Of a DNA stretch of 64,000 nucleotides, positions 63,202-64,000 are shown in pieces. This stretch comes from Patescibacteria group bacterium UBA3533 (GTDB lineage Bacteria > Patescibacteriota > Minisyncoccia > Phycocordibacterales > Phycocordibacteraceae): NCBI GenBank assembly GCA_002376865.1, contig DFOU01000011.1, forward strand, positions 16,969 to 80,968. The letters are read 5' to 3'. The translations under genes and the position numbers were made by a program. The notes under the pieces are model-generated. The model saw only the letters and a program-made list of their open reading frames with translations. It had not been told where the DNA came from and did not search any database. The first letter of the stretch is position 1. The number at the start of each line of letters is the position of its first letter.

Positions 63202-64000
63202 TTTGTGGATTTGTTGCAGCTAAGCGCTCCTTTTCGCGCTTTATGGCAAGTAATTGTGATGGATCTGAGGTAATAATCTGATCCTCTGTGTATGAGGCAA
63301 CAATCTTAATAGCTACATGTTTAAGTCCTGCAAAGAATATTCCCTCTCCTACCCCACTTTCAAGAAGCAAGAACTTCTCTTCTTCAGTTAAATTAAAGAT
63401 TTCTTGCAATTGATCAATAACAGTTGGCGACTGCTTCATCAAAAGTTGCATTGAAGAGTTTGAAAGCATTGGTCTTCCGTATGGAGAGTTTAGGAAGTCA
63501 TCTACATCTTGCGTAAGAGCTGCAACTCCAAGGAAGTACTTTCGTCCTCGCTTTGCCATTGAGTAGAGGAAGGATGCGGTGTCCTCATGCTTCATCATCC
63601 ACCATGCCTCATCAATAACAAGAAGTCGTTTCTTGAGATTTCTTCGTACCGCATTCCAAATGTGGTGCGTGATGATGTACATCGCAACAGGCTTAAGGTC
63701 ATCCTCCATGTCTCGCACTGAGAAGACAATAAATTGCTTATTGATGTCGACATTGGTTGGGCGATTTAAGAATCCAGACCATGTTCCTCGTGTGTACTTG
63801 CTTAGTTTTTGCACCAAAGAGTCAGATCCTTCCATCCCAGAGAGCACCATTTCAAAATCTGAGAGAAGTGGCACCTCCATGTTTGAGAAATCAGTCTCAC
63901 CGGTAATGTCTTTAAGTGCATACGTCTCAGATAGCGCCCGATCTACCATCGCATCCTCCTCAGGAGTGAGTCCCCCGAGCATAAGCCGGAATAATCCCAC
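63191..64000 (-). CDS. VirB4/TrbE/CagE-family type IV secretion ATPase, C-terminal 269 aa (N-terminus beyond window end)
   Basis: Walker B LLVIDEAWWMM, then AKRGRKYFLGVAALTQDVDDF, the conserved VirB4 C-terminal motifs. Confidence 0.65.
   Translation of the reverse strand: MGLFRLMLGGLTPEEDAMVDRALSETYALKDITGETDFSNMEVPLLSDFEMVLSGMEGSDSLVQKLSKYTRGTWSGFLNRPTNVDINKQFIVFSVRDMEDDLKPVAMYIITHHIWNAVRRNLKKRLLVIDEAWWMMKHEDTASFLYSMAKRGRKYFLGVAALTQDVDDFLNSPYGRPMLSNSSMQLLMKQSPTVIDQLQEIFNLTEEEKFLLLESGVGEGIFFAGLKHVAIKIVASYTEDQIITSDPSQLLAIKREKERLAATNPQNGA

Noticed and set aside
1-64000. CRISPR arrays, rRNA genes, IS elements or transposases
   Set aside because: No regularly spaced direct repeats, no rRNA-like conserved stretches and no DDE or serine/tyrosine recombinase motifs were seen in any frame.

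Overview
Low-GC (about 40-43%) bacterial chromosomal segment with a reduced-genome, CPR/Patescibacteria-like character: very dense coding, mostly Shine-Dalgarno-less native genes, type IV pilus genes and many secreted or membrane hypotheticals. It contains the replication origin neighbourhood (rpmH-rnpA-yidC divergent from dnaA-dnaN, with DnaA-box-like 9-mers). Recognisable housekeeping genes: metG (partial), glyQS, ileS, argS, glyA, a dTMP cluster (mazG-like, dut, tmk, thyA, folA), rplK-nusG-secE, rplS, uppS, ruvA/B/C/X, polA, tsaE, pilB and a class A PBP. Six tRNA genes were read by hand: His, Val, Arg-TCT, Ser-TGA, Arg-GCG and Lys. Unusual content: (1) ileS carries an in-frame insertion of about 200 aa with clear histidine-phosphatase (PGAM-like) motifs; (2) several short GC-rich (50-60%) insertions whose genes all have strong AGGAGG-type ribosome-binding sites, and several also have their own promoter and terminator (YbjQ + PRTase + thermonuclease islet, two small autonomous genes between argS and ileS, a 306-aa gene at 23.4-24.3 kb, genes at 25.3 and 27.2 kb, a lipoprotein at 47.2 kb, a small Cys-rich gene at 0.8 kb); (3) an AT-rich three-gene operon ending in a PIN-domain nuclease; (4) a perfect 32-bp palindrome upstream of pilB; (5) a partial type IV secretion-like locus (VirB4-like ATPase) at the right edge. 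No CRISPR array, rRNA or obvious transposase was seen. All calls are by-eye motif recognition from the six-frame translations; coordinates of hand-called items may be off by a few nt.
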